A stretch of DNA of 64,000 bases from NCBI GenBank assembly GCA_014382695.1, contig JACNJF010000106.1, forward strand, positions 15,520-79,519. The letters are read 5' to 3'. The position numbers were made by a program, and so were the translations under genes. Shown here in pieces: positions 17,917-29,334 of this stretch. The stretch comes from Gammaproteobacteria bacterium. Lineage in GTDB: Bacteria; Pseudomonadota; Gammaproteobacteria; GCA-001735895. Below the pieces are notes generated by a model. The model saw nothing but the letters and a program-made list of their open reading frames with translations, ran no database searches and had not been told where the DNA came from. Position 1 is the first letter of the stretch, and each line of letters opens with the position of its first letter.

Positions 17917-19281
17917 ATGAAACTTGTCTATTTCATCTGTTTGTTACTGCCGTTTATGCCGGTTAACGCTGCGACGACCTTAAGTCTGGATCAGGCTATT
18001 GAGATGTCAATGCAGGCTGATCCGCGTATCGAGGAAAAAAGAGCTTTTGTGCGTAAAGCCGAAGCGCTGCTGCAGGAAGCGGAAGGCAGCGGTGGTGTGC
18101 GCTATTCGGTAGATGCGTATATGGCGCTGGCGACCGGTCTGGATGGTGGTTTCTATGCTGGCGGTGCGGATAGCTGTAGTGCCGGTGCCGACTGCACACC
18201 CAGAGACGATGCCTATGATCTGGATGATGGCTTTTCGTTCTGGACCGGATTTACCTTCAGCATCATCAAACCCCTGACCACCTTCGGTCAGCTGGAGAGT
18301 TATCAGGACGCTGCGCGGCATAATATCCTGATCAAGCAGCAGGATATTACGCTGGAGAAGGAGGCTATCAAGCTGGATGTGGTACGCGCCTATTATGGCT
18401 ATCTGGCGGCAAGGGACGGGCGCTATCTGATGCTGGATACGCAGAAAAGATTGCAGTCGGCGCTGGATCTGGTGCTGGAATGGCTGGCCGAAGACAATGG
18501 TAAAGCGAAGCTTTCGGATCGCTATGCACTGGAAGCGGGCCTCGGATTGATTGAACGTTTTCTGGCCGATGCCAGTGCGCTGGAATCGATCGCTATGGAA
18601 GGCATTAAGTTGCTCACGGGTGTTGCACGCGAAGAAACAGTCGAGCTGGAGGATACACGCCTGCGAGCCGTGGCTTTACCGGAGCGAACGCTGGATGAGT
18701 GGATCGAACTGGCTTTGGCCGGACGCGCCGAATTCAAACAGGTAGAAGCCGGGCTAGCGTCCAGACGTGCACTGGTTGAGGCCAAACGGGCGAGTAGTAA
18801 GCCAGTGGTGTATGCCGGTCTGGCAGGTTCTGCGGCTTATGCGCCGGAGCGTGAACGACTGGATAACCCGTATATCACGGATCCTTTTAATCATGTTGCC
18901 GTGTCACCTTTGATAGGAATGCGCTGGCAGTGGGAAGCGGATGCGCAGCCGGCGCGGGTTGCACAGGAACAGGCCGAGCTGGATGCGCTGGTGCATAAGG
19001 CTTCTTTTGCACGTAAGGGTATCCCGTTTCAGGTGGCCGAGCAGTATCACCTGGTACAATCGAAATACAGCGGGATGGATGCAATGAAGAACAGTGCCCA
19101 GGCCGCCCGGCGCTGGATGATCGCGAGTTATACCGATTTTGAAGCAGGGCTGGAGAAAGCGGATAAAATTCTCACTGCAATGCAGGCGTATGTACTGGCG
19201 TATGCAGAGTATTTAAAAATTGTGAATGAATACAATAATCACGTGTCGAAATTGAATAGTGTCAGCGGAGTCTATGAATGA
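17917..19281 (+). CDS. TolC-family outer membrane channel protein (OEP family) encoded inside the mla operon
   Basis: 454 aa with signal peptide MKLVYFICLLLPFMPVNA, the OEP-like N-terminus TLSLDQAIEMSMQADPRIEE, helix-rich repeated halves and a C-terminal aromatic residue. It starts 10 nt after mlaD and overlaps mlaC by 4 nt. Confidence 0.65.
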   Translation: MKLVYFICLLLPFMPVNAATTLSLDQAIEMSMQADPRIEEKRAFVRKAEALLQEAEGSGGVRYSVDAYMALATGLDGGFYAGGADSCSAGADCTPRDDAYDLDDGFSFWTGFTFSIIKPLTTFGQLESYQDAARHNILIKQQDITLEKEAIKLDVVRAYYGYLAARDGRYLMLDTQKRLQSALDLVLEWLAEDNGKAKLSDRYALEAGLGLIERFLADASALESIAMEGIKLLTGVAREETVELEDTRLRAVALPERTLDEWIELALAGRAEFKQVEAGLASRRALVEAKRASSKPVVYAGLAGSAAYAPERERLDNPYITDPFNHVAVSPLIGMRWQWEADAQPARVAQEQAELDALVHKASFARKGIPFQVAEQYHLVQSKYSGMDAMKNSAQAARRWMIASYTDFEAGLEKADKILTAMQAYVLAYAEYLKIVNEYNNHVSKLNSVSGVYE

Positions 19282-19892
19282 GCATCAAAACTTTAACTAC
19301 GGCGTTTATACTGATCTGGCTGAGTCTGCTTCAGTCACCTCTTTTTGCGGCTGAATCGGCACCGGAACAGTTGATTCGGCAAACGGCGGATGAAGTGCTG
19401 GCAACGATTAAAACCAATCAGGATGAGTATAAGCAGCAACCTGCCAGGCTGTACGCGATGGTGGATGAAAAAGTATTGCCGCATTTTGATTTTGAACGCA
19501 TGACAGATCTGGCACTGGGTCGTTATAAGCGTCAGGTTGAAGCTGCGCAACGTGAAAAGCTGGTGCAGGCCTTCCGCAATCTGCTGGTCAGAACCTATGG
19601 CAAGGCATTGCTCGAATATACCAATCAAAAAATTCTGTATTTGCCTATGCGCGGTAAACTGGCCGAAGGTGAAGTCACCATTCGAACCGAGATCGAGCAG
19701 CAGGGCGGGTTCCCAATTCCGATCAATTATGAAATGTATATCAAGGATGGCAGCTGGAAGGTGTTTGATATCAGTATCGATAATATCAGTCTGGTCACTA
19801 ATTACCGGTCCAGTTTTGCACAGGAGATCAAGGCCAAAGGGGTCGATAGCCTGATTAAAACCCTGCAGGATAAGAATAAGCAGGAGAGTTAA
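19278..19892 (+). CDS. mlaC: Periplasmic phospholipid-binding protein MlaC (Ttg2D)
   Basis: 204 aa of the Tgt2/MlaC family with a signal peptide (LSLLQSPLFAAES). Confidence 0.85.
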   Translation: MSIKTLTTAFILIWLSLLQSPLFAAESAPEQLIRQTADEVLATIKTNQDEYKQQPARLYAMVDEKVLPHFDFERMTDLALGRYKRQVEAAQREKLVQAFRNLLVRTYGKALLEYTNQKILYLPMRGKLAEGEVTIRTEIEQQGGFPIPINYEMYIKDGSWKVFDISIDNISLVTNYRSSFAQEIKAKGVDSLIKTLQDKNKQES

Positions 19893-19896
19893 GGGG

Positions 19897-20199
19897 ATGG
19901 GCGTAGAGATCAGCTTCGATAGCACGAAGCAGTATATTCAGGTCAAGGGTGAGCTAACCTCGGCCACGGTGATGTCTGCATTAAAGCAGTTTTCACGCGA
20001 ATGTAAGGCTTTGCCACGCTGGGTGATTGATTTTACCCAGGTCACCAGAGTCGATAGCTGTGCACTTGCGTTATTGATTGAGTTGAAGCGTAATGCTGCA
20101 CAAAAAAATAAAAGCATTTCGTTTATTTACCTGCCGGCTGCACTACTCAGTATTGCCAGGCTGAGTCAGGTAGAGCTGTTACTGACTGGAAAAGACTGA
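19897..20199 (+). CDS. mlaB: STAS-domain protein MlaB
   Basis: 100 aa STAS/anti-sigma-antagonist-like fold, the last gene of the mla operon. Confidence 0.8.
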   Translation: MGVEISFDSTKQYIQVKGELTSATVMSALKQFSRECKALPRWVIDFTQVTRVDSCALALLIELKRNAAQKNKSISFIYLPAALLSIARLSQVELLLTGKD

Positions 20200-20289
20200 A
20201 GCTTATTCACACCGTGAGCGCCTGTTTTAGGTCCGGGTTAAGCGGATTCTTTAGTGTCCATTTAGTTTTATACTTAGGGTTATGACTAA

Positions 20290-20319
20290 TTAACTTATCT
20301 ATCGGCGTTCTGCTACAAT
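20290..20319 (+). promoter_or_regulatory. Putative sigma-70 promoter of murA
   Basis: TTAACT, an 18-nt spacer, then TACAAT, ending about 55 nt upstream of the murA ATG. Confidence 0.35.
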
Positions 20320-20359
20320 GCGCCATTTTTTGATCCGTCTTTCTGATCCAGCGTTTTAA

Positions 20360-21634
<1,275 letters not shown>

Positions 21635-21655
21635 CCCCTCGATTTAACACTTAAC

Positions 21656-22297
21656 ATGAATAATTTGATTACTATTGCACTGGCCAAGGGCCGTATCCTG
21701 AAGGAAACGCTGCCGCTGCTGGAACGAGCGGGTATTCTGCCTCTCGACGATCTGGAAAAGAGTCGCAAGCTGATCTTTGAAACCAATCACCCGAACATCA
21801 ACCTGGTCTTGATACGCTCTGCCGATGTGCCGACCTATGTCCAGTATGGTGCTGCCGATATGGGCATTGCCGGTAAGGATGTGCTGCTGGAGCATGGCGG
21901 AGAAGGTCTTTACGAATGGCTCGACCTAAAGATTGCACCCTGCCGTCTGATGACGGCTGGTTTTGCCGATCGTGAGTTACCCGCTGGCCGGCTCAAGGTG
22001 GCGACCAAATACACCACTATTACGCGAGATTATTTCACCCAGCAGGGGCGCCAGGTTGAACTCATCAAACTGTATGGTTCGATGGAGCTGGCCCCGATCG
22101 TCGGGCTGGCGGATATGATCGTTGATCTGGTCGATACCGGCAACACCCTGAAAGCAAACGGACTGGTTCCTCAGGAATTTATCATGCAAATCAGTTCCCG
22201 TTTAATTGTCAATCGTGCTTCTTTGAAGATGAAGAACCGGGCGATTAAACAGGTGATCACAAAAATAGAAAATGCAATCAATCCACCCGTTGAATAA
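21656..22297 (+). CDS. hisG: ATP phosphoribosyltransferase, short form (HisGS)
   Basis: 213 aa, lacking the C-terminal regulatory domain of long-form HisG; family N-terminus [16 protein letters not shown]. Confidence 0.9.
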   Translation: MNNLITIALAKGRILKETLPLLERAGILPLDDLEKSRKLIFETNHPNINLVLIRSADVPTYVQYGAADMGIAGKDVLLEHGGEGLYEWLDLKIAPCRLMTAGFADRELPAGRLKVATKYTTITRDYFTQQGRQVELIKLYGSMELAPIVGLADMIVDLVDTGNTLKANGLVPQEFIMQISSRLIVNRASLKMKNRAIKQVITKIENAINPPVE

Positions 22298-23608
22298 GTG
22301 AGCGTCATGAGTATCAAAATCAAACAGTTAAATAGTCAGGATCAGAATTTCTGGCAGGAAATGGAACAGTTACTATCCTGGGAATCCGTTTCTGATGATC
22401 AGGTGTTTAGTACCGTATCGGAAATTATTTCCAGTGTGCGCAACCAGGGCGATGCCGCTGTGATCGATTTTACCATGCGTTTTGACGGTCTGCATGTATC
22501 TGATATGTCGGAGCTGGAGATGCCGATGAGTGCACTGAAAGCCGCTTTTGACGGATTGCCGGAAGGCCAGAGACAGGCATTGCGCACGTCCGCCGAACGC
22601 ATCCAGCGCTACGCAGAGAAACAGAAAATGAGCTCCTGGGAATATACCGAGGAGGATGGAACGGTGCTGGGTCAGCAGATTACTCCGCTGGATAGAGCCG
22701 GGCTCTACGTGCCGGGTGGAAAGGCTGCCTATCCATCGTCGGTGTTGATGAATGCGATTCCCGCCAAGGTGGCCGGTGTTGCAGAGCTTATTATGGTGGT
22801 ACCGACGCCGAATGGACTGGTGAATGATCTGGTACTGGCGGCCGCCCATCTGTCCGGAGTGGACAGGGTGTTCACCATCGGCGGAGCACAGGCGGTCGCC
22901 GCACTGGCATACGGCACTGAGACCATTCCACAGGTCGATAAGATCGTCGGGCCGGGGAATATCTACGTAGCGACCGCCAAGCGTATGGTGTTTGGCGCGG
23001 TAGGCATCGATATGGTGGCCGGGCCTTCCGAGATTCTGATCATCTGTGATGGTAAAACGAATCCGGACTGGATCGCGATGGATCTGTTTTCGCAGGCAGA
23101 GCATGACGAAGATGCACAGTCCATACTGGTTTCTCCGGATGCGGATTTTTTAATTCAGGTAAAAAAGAGTATCGATAAGCTACTCGAAGAGATGCCGCGT
23201 AAGGCGATCATTCATGCTTCGCTGAGTGCTCGTGGTGCCCTGGTAAAGGTGAAGGATATGGCGGAAGCGATTGAAGTCGCGAATTACGTCGCGCCAGAAC
23301 ACCTTGAGCTATCGGTGGAAGATGCGCCGGAAATGGCGAAAAAGATTCGTCATGCGGGAGCCATATTCATGGGACGTTATACCGCTGAAGCGCTGGGTGA
23401 TTATTGTGCTGGACCCAATCATGTGTTGCCGACCTCGCGCACCGCACGTTTTTCTTCGCCACTCGGGGTGTATGACTTCCAGAAGCGTTCCAGCCTGCTC
23501 GGTTGCTCGGCTGCAGGGGCTTCAGAGCTGGGCAAGGTTGCATCGGTGATGGCGCATGGCGAAGGGCTGACCGCGCATGCCAGATCGGCAGAGTATCGAA
23601 TTAAGTAG
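22298..23608 (+). CDS. hisD: Histidinol dehydrogenase HisD
   Basis: 436 aa with Zn/NAD-binding signatures typical of the HisD family; contiguous with hisG. Confidence 0.9.
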   Translation: MSVMSIKIKQLNSQDQNFWQEMEQLLSWESVSDDQVFSTVSEIISSVRNQGDAAVIDFTMRFDGLHVSDMSELEMPMSALKAAFDGLPEGQRQALRTSAERIQRYAEKQKMSSWEYTEEDGTVLGQQITPLDRAGLYVPGGKAAYPSSVLMNAIPAKVAGVAELIMVVPTPNGLVNDLVLAAAHLSGVDRVFTIGGAQAVAALAYGTETIPQVDKIVGPGNIYVATAKRMVFGAVGIDMVAGPSEILIICDGKTNPDWIAMDLFSQAEHDEDAQSILVSPDADFLIQVKKSIDKLLEEMPRKAIIHASLSARGALVKVKDMAEAIEVANYVAPEHLELSVEDAPEMAKKIRHAGAIFMGRYTAEALGDYCAGPNHVLPTSRTARFSSPLGVYDFQKRSSLLGCSAAGASELGKVASVMAHGEGLTAHARSAEYRIK

Positions 23609-23617
23609 TTGATTAAC

Positions 23618-23646
23618 GGCTCCGGCCGCTGCCGGAGCTTTTCACG
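23618..23646. terminator. Bidirectional rho-independent terminator (hisD / degS-like convergent pair)
   Basis: GGCTCCGGC-CGCT-GCCGGAGC stem-loop followed by TTTTCACGTTT, in the 44-nt gap between convergent stops. Confidence 0.65.
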
Positions 23647-23652
23647 TTTACG

Positions 23653-24816
23653 CTACTGTGGTCTCTCCATGGTCACCATAATCAGGTCGAGCGGTTTTCC
23701 GGCTCGTAACAGGCTGATTTTGACCTGATCGCCGGGGCGGTGTCCGGCAATGTTTTCCAGTACATTTCTAACCCGGTAAACCGGACTGTCGTTGATAGCG
23801 GTAATAATGTCGCCGGTCTGAACACCGGCAATATCGGCCGGGCTATCGATAAAGACACCGACTACGAGTACTCCGCGTACATTCGGATTGCCGGATGCGA
23901 TCGCTGCCTGAGCGGTGATTTCAGTGCCTTCCACGCCCAGCCATCCGCGACTGACTTTTCCATTTTCGACGATCTCCTGCATGATGTCGATCGCCAGTGT
24001 GGCGGGAATCGCAAAGCCTATACCCTGTGAGCCACCAGACTGGCTGAAGATGGCTGTGTTGATGCCGATCAGGTCGCCACGTGCATTGATCAGGGCGCCT
24101 CCTGAGTTACCAGGATTGATCGCGGCATCGGTCTGGATGAAATTCTCAAAAGTGGTCAGGCCGACCCGGTTTCGGCCGGTGGCGCTGATGATACCCATCG
24201 TCACCGTTTGTCCGACATTCAACGGGTTGCCAATGGCGAGGGCGATGTCACCCACCTGAATTTCATCGCTATTGTTCGCGATTTGAATATTTTGCAGACC
24301 TTTCAGCGGTATGTGTAGTACCGCGATATCGGTTTCCCGGTCCTGTCCAATAAGTTCCGCTTCACTGCTGCGCCCATCCGGTAATGACACCAGGATTTCA
24401 TCCGCGCCGTCGATCACATGCTGGTTGGTCAAAACATAGCCGGATCGAGTAATAATCACACCCGATCCCAGATTGGTTTCGGTGCGACCACGCTTTAAGT
24501 TTTTAAGCTGTTCACCGAACAGCTGATCGAAGATTGGATCATCCAGCAGCGGGTGCAGTTTAGGGCGGATTTTTTTACTGGTATAGATCGAGATGACCGA
24601 AGGCGAGGATAGTTTTACCGCATCCGCATAGGAGACCGGGCCGGTTGAGAATGGCAGTTGAGGCGCGGCAGTATCGATACGATCCTGTTTTTGTGGTAAC
24701 AGGTTGAGAATTTTGTCGGTATCGAAATCCTGTTGCCAGAATACATAGGCTGCCGCAATAATCAGGCCAAAAAAGACGGACTGAATCAGGAACAGGAATA
24801 GTTTTAGCGTTTTCAT
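23653..24816 (-). CDS. Membrane-anchored HtrA-family serine protease, DegS/AlgW-like (trypsin domain plus one PDZ)
   Basis: 387 aa with an N-terminal TM anchor, catalytic His near HVIDGADEI, a catalytic serine in GNSGGALIN, and a single C-terminal PDZ. Confidence 0.85.
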   Translation of the reverse strand: MKTLKLFLFLIQSVFFGLIIAAAYVFWQQDFDTDKILNLLPQKQDRIDTAAPQLPFSTGPVSYADAVKLSSPSVISIYTSKKIRPKLHPLLDDPIFDQLFGEQLKNLKRGRTETNLGSGVIITRSGYVLTNQHVIDGADEILVSLPDGRSSEAELIGQDRETDIAVLHIPLKGLQNIQIANNSDEIQVGDIALAIGNPLNVGQTVTMGIISATGRNRVGLTTFENFIQTDAAINPGNSGGALINARGDLIGINTAIFSQSGGSQGIGFAIPATLAIDIMQEIVENGKVSRGWLGVEGTEITAQAAIASGNPNVRGVLVVGVFIDSPADIAGVQTGDIITAINDSPVYRVRNVLENIAGHRPGDQVKISLLRAGKPLDLIMVTMERPQ

Positions 24817-24857
24817 CGGTTTACTTTATCATAAGGAGAATATATGAGGCGCGGGAG

Positions 24858-25601
24858 ATGATAATGCAATTAGATGAACTATGTCATTTTTGTAATGACT
24901 ATCTTTGTGTGGATGATTTCGCAGACTTTTGCCCGAACGGATTACAGGTGGAAGGCAAACCGAACATCAGTCGGCTGGTGTCCGGGGTAACGGCCAGCCT
25001 GAAGCTGATTGATGCGGCCATCGAACAGGAGGCGGATGCGATTCTGGTACATCATGGCTATTTCTGGAAAGGAGAGTCGCAGTCTCTGGTGGGGTACAAG
25101 GGCAATCGCATACGCAGACTGATGCAAAATGACATCAGTCTACTGGCCTACCATCTGCCGCTGGATGCGCATCCTACGGTAGGGAATAATGCGCAACTGG
25201 CGCAACGTATGGGCTGGCTGGTGACCGGGCAGCAGGGCATGTTATGGATCGGGGAGCTTGCCCAGTCGGTTAGTGTTGACAGGGTGCTGGATGATCTGGG
25301 GGAAAAAATCGATACCAACCCGCTGTTGATCGTGGGTAGCAATAAGCCGGTTCATCGAATCGCCTGGTGTACCGGTGCCGCTCAATCCTATATCGATCAG
25401 GCACTGGCACAGGGTGTTGATCTGTTTATTTCGGGCGAAATTTCGGAGCAGACAGTACATGTCGCGCGTGAGGCCGGGATACATTATATTGCTGCAGGGC
25501 ACCATGCGACCGAGCGCTACGGGGTTCAGGCGCTGGGACAGGTGATCGCGAACCGCTTTAGTATTCATCATGAATATATCGAAATTGATAATCCGGTATA
25601 G
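24858..25601 (+). CDS. Nif3-family dinuclear-metal protein (YbgI / GTP cyclohydrolase 1 type 2 homologue)
   Basis: 247 aa with conserved His clusters (ILVHHGYFW, AAGHHATE). Divergent from the degS-like gene with only about 41 nt between start codons. Confidence 0.8.
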   Translation: MIMQLDELCHFCNDYLCVDDFADFCPNGLQVEGKPNISRLVSGVTASLKLIDAAIEQEADAILVHHGYFWKGESQSLVGYKGNRIRRLMQNDISLLAYHLPLDAHPTVGNNAQLAQRMGWLVTGQQGMLWIGELAQSVSVDRVLDDLGEKIDTNPLLIVGSNKPVHRIAWCTGAAQSYIDQALAQGVDLFISGEISEQTVHVAREAGIHYIAAGHHATERYGVQALGQVIANRFSIHHEYIEIDNPV

Positions 25602-25792
25602 CGCTGTGAGCCTGATGAAAGCAGGGCCTTGATGGATGGGTCATTAAATTGACACAGGCCGGGTTAGTACTTATTAGCCCTCGACTAAATAACAAAATTA
25701 GGATACTCTTTCCGCCGATTTTTTGCCGGTTTGTAGAGCTGTAATTGCGTGCAGACCATACAACAATTCTTATATGTTGGAGAGTTATTCAT

Positions 25793-26368
25793 ATGTCATC
25801 TGATGGTATAGATAAATCCCGTCGACGCTTTCTTACAGCCGCAACAAGTGTTGTGGGTGGTGCGGGTGTTGTCGCCGTAGCAGTGCCTTTCCTTTCGAGC
25901 TGGAATCCAAGTGCTCGGGCTCAGTCAGCAGGGGCTCCGGTCCAGGCCGATATTAGTAAGCTGGAGGCTGGTGCTCAAATAATAGTTAAATGGCAGGGTA
26001 AGCCAGTCTGGGTGGTTCGTCGTGACGAAACTTCACTGGGAACGCTGAGTAAAATCACTTCACAGTTGAGAGATCCAGAATCGAATGAAAGCATTCAGCC
26101 TGCATATGCTAAAAACGAAACCCGTTCGATAAAGCCGGAGTATCTGGTTGTTGTTGGTATCTGTACACATCTGGGTTGCTCACCCACTTATCGTCCTGAA
26201 ATAACGGCTGACTGGATGGGTGGCTTTTTCTGCCCCTGTCATGGTTCCAAGTTTGACTTCTCTGGCCGTGTTTATGCGGGTGTACCTGCACCTACTAACC
26301 TGGACATTCCGCCACACAGATTTGTTGCTGAACATGTGGTGTTAATCGGTGATGACGGAGAAGCATAA
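25793..26368 (+). CDS. petA: Ubiquinol-cytochrome c reductase Rieske iron-sulfur subunit
   Basis: Probable start is the internal [14 protein letters not shown] (Tat motif) preceded by a GGAG RBS. It carries the Rieske boxes CTHLGC and CPCHGS. The ORF track starts earlier, at 25745. Confidence 0.9.
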   Translation: MSSDGIDKSRRRFLTAATSVVGGAGVVAVAVPFLSSWNPSARAQSAGAPVQADISKLEAGAQIIVKWQGKPVWVVRRDETSLGTLSKITSQLRDPESNESIQPAYAKNETRSIKPEYLVVVGICTHLGCSPTYRPEITADWMGGFFCPCHGSKFDFSGRVYAGVPAPTNLDIPPHRFVAEHVVLIGDDGEA

Positions 26369-27588
26369 TGAGTAAACCAAATAATCTGATGGGCTGGATC
26401 GATGCACGTTTCCCGCTGACTAAAATGTGGGAAGAGCATCTTTCCAAATACTATGCGCCAAAGAACTTCAACTTCTGGTACTTTTTTGGCTCACTGGCCC
26501 TGCTGGTACTGGTTCTCCAGATCGTTACCGGTATATTCCTGACCATGCATTATAAGCCCGATGGCGCCACCGCCTTTGCATCGGTTGAATACATCATGCG
26601 TGATGTGGACTGGGGCTGGTTGATTCGTTACATGCACTCTACCGGCGCCTCAGCCTTCTTTATCATCGTCTATCTGCATATGTTCCGTGGATTGATGTAC
26701 GGTTCCTACCAAAAGCCGCGCGAACTGATCTGGCTGTTTGGTATGTTCATCTTCCTGGCGCTGATGGCGGAAGCTTTCATGGGCTATCTGCTGCCCTGGG
26801 GCCAGATGTCTTACTGGGGTGCGCAGGTTATTATCTCCCTGTTCAGTGCGATTCCGGTGATTGGCGATGATATTACGCTGTGGATTCGTGGTGACTTTGT
26901 TATCTCCGATGCCACCCTGAACCGTTTCTTTGCGTTACACGTGATTGCGGTACCGCTGATTCTGGTGATGCTGGTCGTGATGCATATCCTGGCGCTGCAC
27001 GAAGTCGGTTCTAATAATCCGGATGGCGTTGAAATCAAAAAGAAAAAAGATGAAAACGGTATCCCGCTGGATGGTATTCCTTTTCATCCTTACTACTCGG
27101 TAAAAGATATCGTAGGTGTGGTTGGTTTTCTGATCCTGTTCAGTGTGGTTATTTTCTTCATGCCGGAAATGAATGGTTATTTTCTGGAGCATGCTAACTT
27201 TGAACCTGCTAACCCGTTCAAGACGCCAGCACACATCGCGCCAGTCTGGTATTTCACACCGTTCTACGCCATTTTGCGTGCGGTTCCAGACAAGTTGATG
27301 GGTGTTATTGGGATGTTTGCCGCGATTATCGTGCTGTTCCTGTTGCCCTGGTTTGATCGCGGCAAGGTGCATTCGATTCGTTACCGTTCCACCGCTTTTA
27401 AAGTGCTGCTGACAACCTTTGTGATCAGTTTTATCGCTCTGGGTTATCTGGGTGCCATTCCGGCGACTGAAACGCGCACCTGGTTCGCACGTTTGTTTAC
27501 TTTTGCTTATTTTGGTTATTTCATTGGATTATGGTTTATCAGTAAAAATGAAAATACCAAGCCTGTACCAGAGAGGGTTACATCATGA
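26368..27588 (+). CDS. petB: Cytochrome b of the bc1 complex
   Basis: 406 aa polytopic protein with conserved haem-ligand His residues; its start overlaps the petA stop. Confidence 0.9.
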   Translation: MSKPNNLMGWIDARFPLTKMWEEHLSKYYAPKNFNFWYFFGSLALLVLVLQIVTGIFLTMHYKPDGATAFASVEYIMRDVDWGWLIRYMHSTGASAFFIIVYLHMFRGLMYGSYQKPRELIWLFGMFIFLALMAEAFMGYLLPWGQMSYWGAQVIISLFSAIPVIGDDITLWIRGDFVISDATLNRFFALHVIAVPLILVMLVVMHILALHEVGSNNPDGVEIKKKKDENGIPLDGIPFHPYYSVKDIVGVVGFLILFSVVIFFMPEMNGYFLEHANFEPANPFKTPAHIAPVWYFTPFYAILRAVPDKLMGVIGMFAAIIVLFLLPWFDRGKVHSIRYRSTAFKVLLTTFVISFIALGYLGAIPATETRTWFARLFTFAYFGYFIGLWFISKNENTKPVPERVTS

Positions 27589-28349
27589 GAAAGACGATCA
27601 TAGTTATAGCCAGTTTACTGTTCCCGGTACTGGGCTGGTCCGCCGGCGGTGAAGCAATGTTTCCGAACGATGATATCTCGGTTGACTGGGATGACAAGGA
27701 ATCCATGCAGCGTGGTGCCGCATTATTTACCAACTATTGTCTGAGCTGTCATTCGGCCGCTTACTCACGTTATAACCGGGTGGGTAAAGATCTGGGTATT
27801 TCGGATGAAGATATGTCGAATAACCTGATTTTTACCACCGATAAGTACGGCGATAAAACCAAGGTTGGCTCCCTGATGACAACCACCATGACTATCGAGT
27901 ATGCGGAAGCTGCTTTTGGTACAGCACCACCCGATTTATCGCTGGTTGCCCGCTCGCGCGGTACCCATTGGCTGTATAACTATCTGCGTGGATTCTATCT
28001 GGATGATACGCGTCCGCTGGGTGTGAATAATGGTGTTTTTCCTGCTGTCGGGATGCCGCATGTTCTGGTTGGTCTGGAAGGACTAAAAAAAGCCAAAAAA
28101 GAAATGAAGGATGACGGGCATGGTGGACAGCACGAAGTTATCGTTGGTTTTGAGCAGGTCAGTAAGGGCAGCATGTCGACCGCAGAGTATGATCAGGCAG
28201 TGAAGGATCTTGTGTCTTTCCTGGATTATCTGGCTGAGCCTTACAAACAGAAACGTCAGAGTGTTGGTACGGGCGTCCTTATTTTCCTGTTTTTCTTCCT
28301 GATACTGACGTACATGTTGAAGAAAGAATACTGGAAAGATATTCATTAA
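27585..28349 (+). CDS. petC: Cytochrome c1
   Basis: 254 aa with a signal peptide, CLSCHS haem-binding motif and a C-terminal TM anchor. Confidence 0.85.
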   Translation: MRKTIIVIASLLFPVLGWSAGGEAMFPNDDISVDWDDKESMQRGAALFTNYCLSCHSAAYSRYNRVGKDLGISDEDMSNNLIFTTDKYGDKTKVGSLMTTTMTIEYAEAAFGTAPPDLSLVARSRGTHWLYNYLRGFYLDDTRPLGVNNGVFPAVGMPHVLVGLEGLKKAKKEMKDDGHGGQHEVIVGFEQVSKGSMSTAEYDQAVKDLVSFLDYLAEPYKQKRQSVGTGVLIFLFFFLILTYMLKKEYWKDIH

Positions 28350-28383
28350 TAGTGCTATTTAATTATCAGGAAACCTTAAATAT

Positions 28384-29010
28384 ATGTCAGCAGTAGCCAA
28401 TAGACGTTCTGTGATGACCTGTTTTTCATCACCGGTTGACCCTCAATGTCATCGAAGCCGTATCGTGTTAGCCGAAAAAGACATCACTGTAGAGATATAT
28501 GATGTGGATATGGATAATTTGCCCGAGGATCTTCTGGATCTAAATCCTTATGCCACGGTACCTACCATGGTGGATCGAGATCTGGTGTTATACGATGCGC
28601 GGGTACTTATTGAATATCTGGATGAGCGTTTTCCGCATCCCCCGCTGATGCCTGTTGATCCGGTTTCCCGGGCCAAGAGTCGCCTTGGTTTGTTCCGTAT
28701 TGAAAGTGACTGGTATAGCCTGTTGCCGGATATTGAACATGGTACCGAAAAGAAAAAAGCGCAGGCCAAGAAAGCATTAACCGAAAGTCTGATTAATTCG
28801 ATTGATGTTTTTGCGGCCATGCCTTATTTCCTGTCGGATGATTTCAGTCTGCTGGATTGCAGTATTGCCCCTATCCTGTGGCGCCTGCCTTATTATGAAA
28901 TCGAGTTACCAGCAACCTCTCGGCCGATAAAGGATTACATGAAGCGAGTATTCTCCAGACCATCGTTTCAGCATAGTTTGTCTGAACAGGAAAGGGATAT
29001 GGTCGAGTAA
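28384..29010 (+). CDS. sspA: Stringent starvation protein A (GST fold)
   Basis: 208 aa, near-collinear with E. coli SspA: RSVMT.FS...D...H..RIVLAEK..VP..VDR.L.L.....I.EYLDERFPHPPLMPV.PV.R...YFLSD.FSL.DC..AP.LWRLP. Confidence 0.9.
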   Translation: MSAVANRRSVMTCFSSPVDPQCHRSRIVLAEKDITVEIYDVDMDNLPEDLLDLNPYATVPTMVDRDLVLYDARVLIEYLDERFPHPPLMPVDPVSRAKSRLGLFRIESDWYSLLPDIEHGTEKKKAQAKKALTESLINSIDVFAAMPYFLSDDFSLLDCSIAPILWRLPYYEIELPATSRPIKDYMKRVFSRPSFQHSLSEQERDMVE

Positions 29011-29040
29011 GCATCGCTTACTGGTCAACGACTGTTAAAG

Positions 29041-29072
29041 ACCGGTATCATCCGTGATACCGGTTTTTTTTT
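29041..29072 (+). terminator. Rho-independent terminator after sspA
   Basis: ACCGGTATCA-TCCG-TGATACCGGT stem-loop followed by T9. Confidence 0.65.
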
Positions 29073-29334
29073 GGCCAGGGAAGGCCTTATACCCTGAAGC
29101 CCAGGGACGGGCGAGAAGGGTGTTTGGCCAGGGAGGGGGCCTTATACCCTGAAGCCCAGGGACGGGCGAGAAGGGTGTTTGGCCAGGGAAGGCCTTATAC
29201 CCTGAAGCCCAGGGACGGGCGAGAAGGGTGTTTGGCCAGGGAGGGCCTTATACCCTGAAGCCCAGGAGCCGATAAAAGCTCCAGGCATGATCGGCATTCA
29301 ACATCCCTGTCGTTCAAGGGCGAGAAGGGTGTTT
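29073..29334. repeat. Tandem array of 53-55 bp GC-rich direct repeats: 3 intact units plus 1 disrupted
   Basis: The unit GGCCAGGGAAGGCCTTATACCCTGAAGCCCAGGGACGGGCGAGAAGGGTGTTT occurs at 29073-29125, 29126-29180 (with a +GG variant), 29181-29233 and 29234-29266. The array then diverges and ends with GGGCGAGAAGGGTGTTT at 29318-29334. Each unit holds a CCCTG-AAGCC-CAGGG hairpin. There are no spacers, so it is not CRISPR-like. Confidence 0.9.

Noticed and set aside
22373-23104. 243-aa antisense ORF inside hisD; also similar long antisense ORFs 59476..60171 in nuoF, 50850..51497 in murB, 48533..49096 in murG, 36459..37010 in the lipoprotein gene and 3317..4138 in mgtE
   Set aside because: They lie fully within well-supported conserved genes on the opposite strand, have Arg/His/Ser-rich low-complexity translations, and have no RBS or partner genes. 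They are typical antisense frames of GC-biased coding DNA.
29073-29334. Tandem repeat array considered as a CRISPR array
   Set aside because: Units abut directly with no unique spacers, unit length is 53-55 bp, and there are no cas genes; it is a plain tandem repeat.
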